Source: Ylistrum balloti (Eukaryota). Taken from it: a DNA stretch of 64,000 bases. The position numbers and the translations under genes are program-made. Below are positions 1 to 15,600 of this stretch, piece by piece. The DNA is taken from assembly GCF_031769215.1 (NCBI RefSeq), contig NW_026781915.1:2480001-2544000 (forward strand), read 5' to 3'. The stretch's first letter is position 1; every line of letters starts with the position of its first letter. The notes beneath the pieces were generated by a model, which saw only the letters and a list, made by a program, of their open reading frames with translations, had not been told where the DNA came from and made no database searches.

Positions 1-1678
1 TAAATGACTGGATATAAAGTATAAAACACACCAAAACAGTATTGGTTATATTGGACTGAGTGCCTTCTGATAAAGTGTTACATTAATAATTGTCGTAATT
101 ACTAGGATACTTCTGCAAAAAAGAAATCGGATAGCCTGAACAAGTATGTAATTATGTGCTGTCCATTTTGATGTACACTGTGAAATTTCAAACCCGAGTT
201 CCTTGCCCATAAATATACAATTAATAGTAAAGGCATCAGAGAAGAAGCTACCATCGGAGCGTAGACAATGAACTTGTGACACAACAACGTATCTTTAACG
301 CAAATCGTGACACGGGGATAAAAAAAGATATTGTTGGAAGTCGGACATTTAACTGATTTTTACTTATCCGCCCTGAAACTGAATCCAATGCAGCATGTGT
401 ATGTTTTTCGCGTTCTTTAAAGAAGCTTTCTATGGTATTCATATAATAAACTGATGATGTAGATAAGCACTTTGTCATTTGTCGTTGATTACTGCGTTTA
501 TATTGTTTCATATAGTTATATTTCTTTAAACGTTTAATGGTATAGAATAGATTAGTCAAATATTCCTAGATTAATATTATTTTCTATTTAAACATTTTGC
601 CTCATAAAGTACGTTCAAATGTCGAATACATTTAAAAAAAAAAAAAACAAAAAAAAAACTTTTGTATCAAAATCATTTCCATATTTTTGTCATCCACTCA
701 TTTTTTTATTAAAACGTTATATACCTTTAGATTGATTCGACTACTTCAAAGAATACATGTCTTTTTTTAAGGATCCCATTGTCGTGTCATCATTTTCTTG
801 GTCAAACTCACTGACGGACAATCATTTCTATTATCACATGGATAATCACGAGTTTAAAATGACAACAACAAGCTACTGTTTGCAGTAGAAATAGTAAATG
901 TGTTAACGTGATTCCCATTTTGTATTCAATTGCAAAATAAAAAGTGAAAAAAGTGATACGATGTGTTTCTGGATGATAAATGTTTTGTGAGTCGTTCTTC
1001 AGGGTACATCATGTATTGTCTTGTTAGATTTATCACGTTATTTGTCATATAAGATAGAAAACAGTGCAATAATACGCGTTGTAACAATCGAAGTTAGTTT
1101 AAAAATTACTGTAACAAATAAAGGGCGACAACTATGGTAATAAATATTAATGTTAGTACAAAGTATGTAATCACAATAGTGGTTGCTGCAGATCTTAATT
1201 TGCCCTCCAAAATGGATAAAATAATATTTTCTGAAAGTAATGGTTTCTGGATTCTTTAGTTTCAGTCTTGATGAATATAGAGAGGAAAATCAATATCGAT
1301 GTAGCTAGAGAAAGAACGACAATGAAAAAAACACTGCAGTAAGGAATTCCAGTTATTCTGGTTTCGGATATTGTCATTATTACATCTTTGTGAAATAAAA
1401 TATATATATATATGGGATTTGCCAATACTTGTGCGTCATTTGTGCATGTTATTTAACATATGGAAGACATAGGATCCAACAAGATCAAACTAAACTAAGT
1501 AAAACTTAATTGCAAGCAAATAACTTGTTTAGGCACTGATAGCATGCATCAACGTTAACAAAATGTTATTCTGAAATCATAGTTTCTCCGGACAAATATG
1601 ATTCAATGAATAGAGCATAGATCAGGACAACTCGTATTTTTATCAAAATCAATTTTAAAAAGACATAGATACTTTACA

Positions 1679-2615
1679 CAGTAAAGGGAGTAAAAGTACA
1701 GTAAGTGATGTATATGTATACAACTGAGTACTGTTTACAGTATACAGTCAAGGGAGTAAAATAAAGTATCTGCTGTACACGTATACTACTGATTACTGTA
1801 CACAGTGTACAGTTCATGGATTAGATGTACAGTATCTGCTGTACACGTACACTACTGAGTACTGTACACAGTGTACATTTCATGGATTAGATGTACAGTA
1901 TCTGCTGTACACGTACACTACTGAGTACTGTACACAGTGTACAGTTAAGGGAGTAAATGTACAGTATCTACTGTACACGTATACTACTGAGTACTGTACA
2001 CAGTGTACAGTTAAGGGAGTAAATGTACAGTATCTACTGTACACGTATACTACTGAGTACTGTACACAGTGTACAGTTAAGGGAGTAGATAAACAGTAGC
2101 TGCTGTACATGTTTACAAATGAGTACTGTACACGTATACTACTGAGTACTGTACACAGTGTACAGTTAAGGGAGTAGAGGTACAGTATCTGCTGTACACG
2201 TACACTACTGAGTACTGTACACAGTGTACAGTTAAGGGAGTAGATGTACAGTATCTGCTGTACACGTATATTTCTGAGTACTGTACAAGGTGTACAGTTA
2301 AGGGAGTAGATGTACAGTATCTGCTGTACACGTATATTTCTGAATACTGTACAAGGTGTACAGTTAAGGGAGTAAATGTACAGTATCTACTGTACACGTA
2401 CACTACTGAGTACTGTACAAAGTGTACAGTTAAGGGAGTAAATGTATAGTATCTGCTGTACACGTATACTACTGAGTACTGTACACCGTGTACAGTTAAG
2501 GGAGTATATGTACAATATCTGGTGTACCTGTATAGAACTGAGTACTGTACACAGTGTACAGTTAAGGGAGTAGATGCACAGTAAATGCTGTACACGTATA
2601 CAACTAAGTACTGTA
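1679..2615. repeat. 66-nt tandem minisatellite, about 14 copies, internally palindromic
   Basis: Unit AGGGAGTAAATGTACAGTATCTACTGTACACGTATACTACTGAGTACTGTACACAGTGTACAGTTA; explains the 22-aa-periodic ORFs at 1880-2595. Confidence 0.95.
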
Positions 2616-3647
2616 ATGCTCGGGTTTGCCGGGCAGTTCTGAAACCTATGTATTATGTGATAAAATTACAACTGTAACTTTCATAGGTACATATATACTT
2701 CAGTCTGAATATAACTCTGATGTCTTGATGACATGTACATCTATAGATACATTGTTAATGCAGCTTTTAGACTTATATGGTAAATCTTATAAACATAATG
2801 TTCAATGTGAATATTTTATAAGGAATATAAATCTGATCCACTGACGCATTCTTTACTTGTGAACTTGTTGTCCGGTATGGTTTCCTGTTCGATCCGTTTT
2901 ACTAGATATATGGTGTGAATTGTAGATTTTGAAATAAAGCAACACATGTAATATATTGCTGTATCAGTTATTGAGGGCCAGATTAGTTTAATGTTCATTT
3001 GTGAAATGAATTTTCCTATCTTTATGATGTTGTACAGGTAGAAACACTAACAATATATTACAGAAACAAATTCGTTACAACCAAAGCCTTTCAACATCAC
3101 TAGGAGCTTATTAGTGTTTTATGTCAGAGTATAAGCCAGCCATATAGCAGACAGCGACGATTGCAAATTTAATCACTCGTGTCGATAATGTGCCCGAACT
3201 CATAATCTTCTATTCTCATGCGAACACTAAATAATAAGGTCAAAATTGAGATTTAGGAAAAGTAGCAGATAGAGGAAAACAGTTTTGCTGAGGAAATCCC
3301 ATAGAAGTGGGGCATGTTTGATTTCGTGTTTCCAACTAGACAACACAAAAACTTCTGAAGAGCTGCTTGCGCCATTAGTCTGTTACAAAATGACGAGAGT
3401 AACAGCTGGTTTAAATATCATTAATGCAAACACACCCAAACCTCTTCACTTCCCAAATAAAATCTGTGTATAAGTTTTCTTGGTTATTATATTTTCAACA
3501 GTAGTTTGGTTAAAGGAAGTTGAAATTATTACTAGCATATATACGACATCCGCCGTTTTTCATCGGAAATGTTGAGAACGTAGAAAGCTTCCTCTGTGTG
3601 CGACCAACACAGTTTTCAGTGTAGTAATAACATGACATTATAACATC

Positions 3648-6600
3648 ATGGACTACCTCTTATGTTTCTGTTTTCTGTGTATTTTTCACATTTCAACGGC
3701 TTCAGGTAAGGACCAAATATCACTTTACATATCTTTATATCTGTTTCAATTGCAATGCGTCGATTGTACAAGATCTTTTATATGTTTTCATCCGTCGGTG
3801 AAATGCTCGAGGATTGGCAAGTTGTAGCAATGTCTCCAAAAGAGATTACTTTTATTCCGTCATATTCTCCTCCTTTTGATCATTACTAATAGTATATTAT
3901 TAGTATTTATCTACTAAATACGATTTTAATGTGACATTTTCCATAGATCATATATCATTTACATGAAATCTCCTTTTCTCCCAGACGAGAAAACATTTAT
4001 CCTTTTTTCAACTACAAATATTGGGAGTACTTAAGTAAACTCGTTTAAATGCATTTGTCTCATGAATGTAGCATTGACACCAGGTTTCCCCAACACACAA
4101 CAAGTAAACAAATTTAATGTATTAGTAAGTTGACTTAATTAAGATTCAAACGCAAGTCTTATTTACGATGAAATCTACTAATTACAATAATAACTTTAAG
4201 TTGTTATGTAATTATAATTCCGAGATTGCTCTCTCATCCAACCTTAATCAAAGTGAAGCCTCCAGAGGGTCAGAGACGTTGGTAATGATTAGAACTTAGA
4301 CTTTTGAAATCAAGTATTTATTATGTTACAAAATAAACCCGAAATTGTAAAGTATTTCTACAAAGTATCAACAAAGTTTTTGTGTTATTTATCGCACTTA
4401 GCTCTAAAACAACAAGGAAAATATCGAAAAATAAACAGAATTTCTTAGGACAATGGCACACTGTTTTCCAATAATAGGTCGAGCACCTTTGTGATTCTTT
4501 AGAGGAATCACATAAAACACAACATCCAAAGTGTTAAAACTTATATATATCAACCATGATTTTTTTTATATAAGGCCACAGAGTTAGAAGTGTTCTCCAC
4601 CAGGTGGAGCAATTGTCCAGTGGTACAAAACCACCAACGAAAATACCAACATGACAACAGAATATCTGAGGACATTCCGAGGGGTACATTGCATTCTTGT
4701 AACTGATCCTCTAAAAAGGCAAGTCTATCCGTTTTGACTGAAGGAACTTTTTGTTTCGTATGTTTCTGTCAAAAATTGGTTGCATAATGACTCTAGGACC
4801 AAGAGGAATTTACTACAGCGACACACACAGAAGAACGAAAAGTACAGTATTAAAGTGAAGTACACGCAAGTGTTAATCAGTGTGTGAACTGTGTGGTAGC
4901 GTGTAGGAGGGGAAGGACATTAATCAATTCAAACATTTCCATGACTAATTCAATGTATCACACAGATGTATAAATTATACACCGAGCACAAAACTCAAGT
5001 AGAAACAATATCTACGAATATTTTCCAAAATCGAATTACTTGCTGATCAATACAACATTTCTTAAATCTTATAAGACAACGATAAGGAAACGGATAACCC
5101 TTGTTTATAATTTATCTTTAAACTTCACAAAAAAAAACTTGTTATCATTGACTTTGCACTTTGTTTACCTAATCTCTCTCAAAATTTCTTACCGTGGTCC
5201 TACAAACTACATACTCAATAATAAGCTAGTTGTGTGTGTTGACGTCAGCTATGATCATTCAAGGACGGGTAGGAGATGAGTGGATATGTTGAGGGCATGT
5301 ATTTTGGGAAGGCTGTGACATGTTCGTTTAAATCTCCTTACGAAACTGAAGCCAAAATAGCAGTACTACCACAATGAAGTTCACTACTGAAGGCACCAAG
5401 TAAGACGCCCCTCCCAATATCATTATACTGACAGTGGACACATTAGTTGTTACACTACCAAAACGTTGAACGTTAAGCAGGAAGTAGTAACAACCATTTC
5501 TGAAGACTCTGGTATGTCCCGTCCAGGGGACATAACCCAAAGTTTGCCCACAGGGTCAACATCCAATATAAAGTCCAAATGTGAGATAGTGTCAAGACAG
5601 ATATGAGAAAGAACACATACCCTTACAAAAGGGAGAAAATATAAAAGAACCCTATTAATAACCATGTAATATGGACAGCAGGTTAAAGAAATAATTTAGA
5701 AGTAGGCCGAATACAATGTTAAAATTGAAGACACCCAATTAGCTTTCGATGAATCTGAAACATATGCTTTAAATCTTAAACATATGCTTCTAATTTTCAA
5801 CATAAGCCTCTAAAAAAGGATTCACTTGATAAACATTTGCACTCTACCGTATCTAGTTTAAAAGAAAACTTTTTCCTGTGCAGCACTAGTCAATACATTT
5901 TAACTCTATTACAACGTGAGAACATAACTTCGTGAAAACACAACCGTACTGATTGAATTCAAGCTTGCTAAAAACAAATATCTTTGCTGAATAAGTTGGC
6001 TCTTGCACCCTACAATTACACATACTGAAAAACTATACCCTTACTTTAGCATACTTGTTCTTATGACTGAATAAACGAGAGCTTAGCATAAAAACATAAG
6101 TGTGAAGATCGATAATTCAGTCACTTTTTAATCCTTCATTCTTAATTCTACATACGACAACGATGTTTTTTCTTTGTTATTCAGAAACGAAATACTTCAT
6201 TTTTATCCAGTGAATGATATCAATCATTTCTACAAGGTGCCATTAACACCGGAGTTGTATCGGAAACATTTCACACGATAAAGTGTAACTATCTGGCGGA
6301 TAATTTTGACATCTCACTTGAATGAAACCGCATATTAAACGAAATCGATGTTGTATACAATGATAAAGAATTAAGTTAGTAATTTTTTCACGGACCAGCA
6401 AAACTTCATTTAATAAAATTTTTATATCGATAAACATCGTTTCTCTACAATAATTAAAAGCTAGATTTACTATGCTTTTCATTGATAATTAAACTTCATA
6501 TTTCAATTCTGAGTTAAGTAATAAGAAGTAGTGTTTGCATAAATGAGGATCCCAGAAGTTGATATTCATGATTAACTTATTAATAAGAGCTGACATTCCT

Positions 6601-9600
6601 GGAACTTATTTCACACTGAAAAGTTACCCGATTTGCTGTAAAATGTCTAAATGATAATGTGACATCTCTAACGTGGAATATTAAAACTTTACACGGCAAT
6701 ATGTAGATGAAGCAAGAAGAGCTGACATTCTAGTCTTATCAACAAAGTTATTTTTATTGTCCTCCATGTAAATCTTTCTTTGTGTTTTGCCTTCAAATCT
6801 GTGATTTTGAATTTGTGTTAAGATTGTGGTAATAATACTAAGATTCCCCATTACGACATTCCTTTCAGTGAACGTTGCTCTAAATAAGGCAGCTCAGCAG
6901 AGTTCTACGTACCAGACCTATGTAGCTGCAAATGCTGTCGATGGAAATGCCACGGCCGACTGGACAGTGGAAACCTGCAGTCATACTGATCCAAATGACC
7001 CTGTCCCATATTGGGTGGTTGACTTAGGTGAAAGGATGACGTTAGAAGGCTTCAATATTACTTACAGACAGCAACGTAAGTACCTGGCACTTTTTATAAA
7101 AAAAAACAAAAGAAAGAAACATCTTTACAAACATGATGATAACGTATCGATTAAACATGTTACATAGTAAATAGTTAAGGTGTAAAAACACACACAATAT
7201 GCATTGAGGCTGAAGTACCTGGTCAAGTGCGTAGATTATTGAACATGTTATATATACTCAGATGTGATAATAATGAAAATTCAGTACATGTTATAGTGTG
7301 CTATCTATCATTAAGTAGAAACGCATTTATTCAGTATGTGGCTCCTACCTGACATTTTTGTCCGCAAATAAACGCCGGGTGAAAAGAAGAAAACTCGATA
7401 AAGCGAAATAACGAAAAGACGCTAAATCGGGGTAAAAAACTTAACGCCTTGTAGTCTGTTTTACCTCGGTTTGACTCCTTTTCGTTTTTTCGCTTTGGCG
7501 GGTTTTCGTCTTTTCGTTTTTTCGTTTTTTTTTTTTTTTCTCAACAGGCAACAAAACCAAAAGGACAAAATGTCAGGTATAAGCGACCATAATTCAGTGA
7601 GTAGAGCATCCTTTGTCATCGTTTACGTGACCTTTGGTAAAACAGCAAGCTTCTTTGATTTCAAAATGACCCTGACTAAGGCGATCAACACTGCAACATT
7701 TCAAGTTTGTTGGTTATAGAAAACGCATCATCTGTTCAAGCATATTTGCTTTAAAATTGTTGTTTCAGTTATTTGAAAAATACGATAAAGAAACACGTTT
7801 GTCAGCTCAGGAGAAAACGATGTATATAAAGGTTTGTTACATAAAAACAGTCCAAGTGTGTAAATCATTAAAAATATGTTCCTTACACAGATGTGCAAGG
7901 TATAGGAAATACAGATGACCACAAAATTGTCGGTTAAAGAAGTAAAACCTAAATACGAGTTAATATCAATGAATAAAATTATTTACCATGACAACATCAG
8001 TCGTATAAATCTTCCTAATTTAAAATTTGTAATATTAAAGTATCCACGGAATAAAATGACTGTTGAGATGGTTTTGAGATATACATGTTATGAAGACTGT
8101 ATATTCATTTTCACAATCTGTCTTTAAATTTTGAGGAGACAGCATCGCCAGCATTTGACTGAAATTTCACCATGGAAACGCTTATGAGATATCCCTTTTT
8201 AGCAAGAGTCTCTTTTTAATATTTATTATTCGCATATTTGGTCCGTTAAATGCCAAATGACGTATTAGTTTGAAAAATGGTTTTGTTAGCATAAGTTAGT
8301 TAAGTATATTATTGATGTTGTTGTTTAAATGCGTTGACTTTAGTCAGCCACTTATATTAATTTTGAAGATCACTTGCAGGTTTAAGGTAGTTTATATATT
8401 TCTAAATGAATTCTCGTCTTTTTCAACACAGAGCCCCTTCGTATGAGTGGGTTCAGACTTATCGTGTCAAATACTTCACTTATGGTGGATGGTATCTCTG
8501 GTACACTGTGCTACGAGGAAGCTCGTCTTAATCCACCTACAATACAGTACATCGATTGTTTCGTCATCGGTCAGTATGTTTTTTATGAAGATCCGACAAC
8601 GGCGCCAGGAGACTTAGTCCCAATCATCGAGCTTTGTGAATTAGAGGCGTTTGGTATGATATCATTAACGTGTCCAATACTTTTGAAAATCTTAGACATT
8701 TACCGCACATGCAACTTTCCACACTACCTCAACTTATGTGCTCTAAAATGCAAATCAGACATTCTAACTTTCAACAGCATTATCTATAACCTTTTCTTGT
8801 CACTTGTAGCGTACACGAATACATATTCTAGGGAACAAACTGTACACACACATCAAATAAGTTTTGCGTTCATGGGTGCTAAAATAACAAACAGTAAAAC
8901 ATGTGACTAATATTAACTCGACTGTTTATTTCTTTCTCATTTTGTGTCGTATAAAGGTTGCCGTAACGGATCCTACGGACCAGATTGTAATACCTCCTGC
9001 GTGGAAGGCTGCCAGTCTGGAATCTGTTATCCAGACAATGGAACCTGTGTGTATGGCTGTAAACCAACGTGGTTAGGTGACAAATGTGACCAAGGTAAAT
9101 TCTTTTGAGTGACCAAGGTTAAACTTTTAACCCACTGTTTATAAAGAAAAAGGATCATCACGATTCACAGTGACCATTGTAAGACGTACTTTTGTTTAAC
9201 ATCACTGTTGATATCGCAAAGATTTACCATCCTCTTGGGTTTTCAATGTTTAACATCGTCAGTTTCAAAACTGTTTTTTTTTTTTTTTTTTTTCATATTG
9301 AAGATTCCCAATTTTTCCCGGTGACTAAAGTTACACGTTATAACTGTTGATATCTCGACCAAGACATCATAGCAGTAATCTTAATATTCAATATATCTAA
9401 CAACTTCGGTCCAGTGACCACTCTTACCTGTAATCTTCTGTTTGCCAAATTGTCTGTGATGTAAGCTAGGCGACTCTTTCTAGATATGTTATTTATCTGT
9501 ATTGTCAACAGTTGTACGTTTCAGATCTGTGATAGAATGATATAAGGTAGAAAAGGATAATGGAATAAACTCGGAGGATATTTCTTTAACACCTTTATTA

Positions 9601-12600
9601 CATCTCCTGGATAAATACTGTCCATCAGATGTAAAGTAGTCGGAATAATACATAAAAGAAATGCTTATTGATTTAACCTAGTTATGATGGAAATGATAGC
9701 TGATACTAAGTGAAAGGATGGAGAACACTTTTAAGTGTTTGGTTTTCGTGTCCCTATTCACTAATAGGCAATCCACTATATATATATAAACATTTTTCGA
9801 AAGTGACAGAAATACATTTGTGTTAGCGATGGTGTTTTCACACAAATATGCCTTTGAATGTGCTTTAAAATTGGGAGGTTGGTTATCTATGAAAAAGATA
9901 TGTATCCAATGATAGATAGAGTAAACGGCATTTCTAATTCGTTTAGCCATGGGAATTTTAATGTTTCCGTTTTGCTTTGATCCTGTGAAGTGATAAATAA
10001 TGAAAAGGTTCATAATAAAATCTAAAATCGAAAAGTTTTATTTTATGTCTGATAACCTTTTTCGAAAAAATATTCGTTGCACTTCAATACCTTTCCATAC
10101 TTAAACATACAGTTATTTATGTTTGACATATTTTTATTCTTGAAACACTCATTATATGGTCTGATGTAGTTGATTCAATATCTATCATAATATGAAACAT
10201 CTCCGAGCGCGACTATCCTGTCTGACATGTTTTCTTCTGTTCTGAAGCAAGAAATTCAAATGAAACATTTTTGTAATTTTAGTGTGTATGAACGGTACCT
10301 GGGGAGCCTTGTGTAATGAAACCTGTTTCTGTGACATTGACACGTGTAATGTCTCTACTGGGATGTGTCAGGAGGACAGGTGTCAACCTGGATGGCAGGG
10401 CATACATTGTAACCAACGTAAGCAAGGAATATCGGACATCATCCTTGTGACTTTTCTGAAAGTGTAAACTTGGAATCCATCACTATTTATAGTGGCTAAG
10501 TGACGATAAGTTTAAATCTTGGTTCCCATGCTAAGCCATATCCTTTTAGTGGTAGATATTACATACATATGTATAATGTAGACTCCCAATACACTGTTGT
10601 GTTGGTGAAGTTTTAGTGTCAATCGTCTGTTCGTGTGTTCACACTATGGTTTGTTTGGCCTTTGTTTTGAAGTAGAACGTGTGATTGTTTTGTCATAGTT
10701 TCGACCACATGAATAAAACATTAGTGAAATTGTGTTGCATGTGTGGAACCACGTATATTTCACAAGAACCTCAAAAATGAAGCATTTCTTTTTATCCGGG
10801 AAAAAATGATAAAATGTTTATCATTTTATAAGCTTTAAGATGTTGATTAATTGGTCCGAACAGCATCCATAGACAAAAACAACGTCAATTATCATGTTCT
10901 CACTGTAATCATTAATTAAGTCAGGGTGTTAAACATATATCACTTCTGTACTGAGCCTGGTAATGTTTCAAAAACCGGATCGCCAACCTGAGCATTAGCT
11001 GCCAATAATTTTCATGAAAGTTTTCTTGATACTAAGCTTATACATTTTATGGCAGAGTTATTTGCCTTGTTATGATTAACAGCTGGTTGTACCTATGTTT
11101 TTGTTTGATTTACTTTGTAACGTGATAAAACTATTCATGTTGTTTGATATCAACATTTTAGCGTGCGATTGGTGGACGTTTGGTCCGTCTTGCAATTTTA
11201 CGTGCAACTGTCTCTTCGAGGAACTTTGCGATCCAGTGACCGGAATATGTCCGGGAGGGTTATGTTTTGACGGCTGGAAACCGGACACCTGCCATGAAGG
11301 TTTGAACACCGTTTTGTTACATTCTGACATTGGATATATCCCTAATAGCAATAAGCAACACTTGTGACATGTTAACAATTTCCATGATAAATACTTAGTT
11401 CCGATCTTTGCCGTAAACCACATACCACGTTTTAAACCATTCGAATAATGGCACATGAAATATTCCCATCTGCTTTGCTGTCTTGATATTATTCATTTAT
11501 GAAATTTAAGAATTTCATTAATTTTATAGGGTTACTGCACTTATCAACTGGTCTCTGACATGGTTTCCGACCAAATATGGTTTTCCTCAGTCCTCTCCTT
11601 GGCTTCATGTTTAAGGCCCTAATCATCTGTGGTGAGTCCTTGAAGGACGAATCAGCTGTATGATGTAGCATCACTGACAAAGTTTACCTCTCTCTTTCTA
11701 AATTTGTATTGAAAGGTACTGTTCACTTGTGTTTTTGTTCGATATTGGATTTTGAATAAAGGATCTCTTCGATCAATTTCAATCGATGAATATTTGAAAG
11801 GTTTTCTCCAAATAAATCGAATCCCAGTCCAATTGATACATCATTTTGAATTTCGTTCAAATCACAAAAATTGTGAATGCTCAGACTGATATGTTTCCAA
11901 CACATTCAAAAAGAGCATTGTACAAAAGACAAACAAGTGAATGAAATCTTTCAACAGAAATTTAGAACCATATATTGTCAAATAATTAATCAAACTGCAT
12001 CACAAAGCCTTTCCTCTCTCTGCGACTCGTCAGTGGTGCTAAAGGCTAAATTTGAAACTTGGGAGGCGACTGAGGAAACATGCCATTCAAACGCCTTTAT
12101 ACAAACTGACACAATCTTCAAATTTAAACAAAATGATTGAATATGACAAAATGATCGTGTTACTATATGGTTTTTCTTGTCTCAAACAATGATATATGAA
12201 TTAATTAGCTTGGCATTGCTATTTGACATGTTTTATTTTAGTTTGTGATACTAACATGTACGGCCCTGGCTGTAACCTTACTTGTGGTGAATGCTACAAC
12301 AGTACGTGTGATCATGTAACTGGTTATTGCCCTGGACTGTGCTCACCAGGATGGAGTGGGCCAATGTGCAGTACACGTAGGTTTTATGTGATTTCAATAG
12401 TAAAAACTTACCATCATCCATAAATTGTTAAATGTGTAAATTCGTTTTGAATATGCAGTTGATAATCTGTTTAAATTATGTGATTTCACCATAACATGTC
12501 TAGGAAGTTTAAACAATAAGAAACGATTTCAAAAATTGAAATAATAATAATGATAACCTTAGAATGACCATGGTATAAGATGTGCTTAATTTACATAAGT

Positions 12601-15600
12601 GGTAGCCAATCTCACATTAGTGTACCTCGCCATTCAATGATGCGCAATACTCTACCCTATTAGCCTGTCCAGCTGGTACGTTTGGTATGAACTGCACAGG
12701 AAGTTGCTACTGTCTTCCGAACGGAACATGTGATCCGGTCAGCGGATATTGTCCCAATGGCGACTGTGACAGAGGATGGATGGGATCAACCTGCAGTGAT
12801 AGTGTGTATTATTTTTAATTCTAACTGAAGTATTTTTGAGCTTGTACAACATATACCGAGAGGTTTCTATAATCTTATTTGATTACGATACGTGATATTT
12901 CTACATATTACACGAGAGCAATTAAGTTCAGATAAGATATTTCAAACTAATAAAATTCTGAGGTGCAAATTCAAAGAATCTCCTATGTTAACCAAGAAAA
13001 TTTGCAGATATTTTATTCCGTATCTTATTTCTTTCTAACTCTCAACCCTCTAAGATCTAAAGACAAAATTATTCATAATGTTAGTGCTAGTCAGAGTCAA
13101 ACATCATGCTTCTCTCTAATCTATGTTAACACCATTGCACTTTTTTTACAACATCTTATATTCTTCTAAATCTATTAGAATTGGTATATCTTGGTCAAGC
13201 GTAAATTTTACAAATGATATAACAAATAAGTCCAAACATTTCACCGCTGATATCAGGCCTATATCGTGTGTCAAGGGGTTGGGTAGAAGAAAGTGCCATG
13301 ACCTCACGGTTGGCAGATAATCATGATAACAGACCTTATAAGATTTAGGTTTCATTCAACAGTAAAATTTGTCAGAGATACATTAAATAGAATGCCTTAC
13401 ATAAAGTTTCATGCAACAGTATATTTGGCAAAGGAAGATATTTTCACGGCAGAAGATTGGCAGGGAGAGGATGTTTTCGTTCTGCATTAGACTTAGTAAA
13501 GGATTCTTGGTTTTGAAGAACAACTGATTATAGGAAGGTTGTATCCTTCGATAGACTTAACTAAGGAATGGCTTATTCAACGTTAGACGTTGACGCGGAA
13601 AGTTTTGTTCAAGAACAGACTTCACAGAAGGTTCGAGGTTTTCTACAATTGTAATATTTAAACGTTGCATTCACTGAGGAAGGTTATCCACAGAAGCTCG
13701 GTAAAACTTACGAATTGTTACCAGGTTTAAGTCGTGTACTTAACATGATCTGATTTGATTCTTTATGACAATTGTTGCAAAATGTTTGGAGAAAAAATTG
13801 TCGTACTGGGATGTTTTGCTGTATATTAATATAACGATATATGTCCTGTTGTCTCGGTTTCTCCTCGTTGTTTCTGTCACGCTGTCTTCTTCTATATGCC
13901 AAATAAAATTAACTCAAACCACCAGCCTGTGTCAAGATAAATAAGAAATTAGAATACCTCATAAAGGGCTTTACCATATACTTTTATCAGATACACATCT
14001 AAGTCAGACAGTCATATGTATCAATATAATTGTATATGTTCGTTCTTTCTTCTCTCTTTCACACAACCTCTGCTAAACGCAATACATTTGTGAACTATTT
14101 GGACCGCATTTTTTATTATACAACTTTTCCTATTAACAGCATTTGATGTTAATCATGTTACCCATTGATTATTTTCAGATTGTGCCTGGAATAAATTTTC
14201 GTACAATTGCAATGAAACCTGCCATTGTATTAACAATGAAAGTTGTCCTTTTGAGTATTGTTTAAATGGCTGTGAACCGGGATACATGAATATATTCTGC
14301 AGTGGAGGTAAGATTTATGAATGTAGCATCAAATCATAATTGCTTATGTAGAATTTGAAAAGCATCATTCAATCTTTAAAAACTACGTATAAATTTGGCA
14401 TTTGATTTGTTTTTAGTTTGATGAGGTTCGTAAAACAACAGATTTTATATATATATTGATTATTCAAGGAGGTTAGGTATCTTGTGATTCTTCAAAACAA
14501 ATAATTTTGACGTATGTAGGGATTAATATTTTGAAAATTGCTTTAAAGTCAGAAAACATTCTTACTTACAAATACTAAAGCGTCCATGTTAAACTCTGCT
14601 TGAACATCTTTCCTGGACTATCCGATGTGAAATTGACCCCATATTCTTATTACAGTGTGTGATATGTACAAGTATGGCATTGACTGTCTGAGTACGTGTG
14701 GTCACTGTAAGGACAATGAGACATGCTTTCACGTAGACGGAATTTGTTCTAACGGCTGTGAACCTGGGTATCTGGGAAACAAATGTGACACAGGTATGTT
14801 AAGGAATAAATCGAAAAAAAAACAGTTTTTATACATGTTACCTTGCTACAATGTTACCATCATCAAAAACATTAACATAAATTGATATTTTCCGATTTTT
14901 ATGATGATACTAAAAAGATAAAGATAATTCCTGTTGAACTGAATGTCCGCCTGTGCTTTACTTTTCAGTATGCGAGTAATGGTGATTTATTACATATATT
15001 ACTTTTTTTCTGTTCAAACGCAAATGGTTGTGTTGTTAAAAAAATAATTTTTTTATGCGTATTAATTTGATTTGTTTCTTTTTTAATGAAGTTGTATAAT
15101 AGATAGACAATCTAATGATGGTCCGTTGAATATCAAATGATTCATGCATGTGATAGAATACGCATCTCATATCAATGGCTAAATTAACAATACTTACATA
15201 GTCTTGATATAATTGAATCGTGAAAATGCCAGTACCATATTCGTCAAACGATCTAATATTTACCAGAAGTCTTTTTTTTCCAGAATGCTCCTTCGGAACG
15301 TTTGGTCAAAATTGTTCTCAGAATTGTTACTGCATGATTGGCGACTGTGATCATGTCACTGGCAAGTGCGACAGAGAAATCTGTCAGGCGGGATATAGGG
15401 GGCCATCCTGTAGTGAAGGTAGGTTCTTATCTGTGTCAGGCGGGATATAGGGGGCCATCCTGTAGTGAAGGTAGGTTCTTATCTGTGTCAGACGGGCTAT
15501 AAGGGGACATCCAGTAGTGAAGGTAAATTCTTATCTGTGTCAGACGGGCTATAAGGGGACATCCAGTAGTGAAGGTAAGTTCTTATCTGTGTCAGACGGG

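Noticed and set aside
46-559. Short minus-strand ORFs at the window start
   Set aside because: No recognisable motifs and frames interrupted by stops; may be the edge of a decayed gene or element but cannot be supported.
1880-2595. Repetitive ORFs of 76 and 160 aa
   Set aside because: Translations of the 66-nt minisatellite (period divisible by 3).
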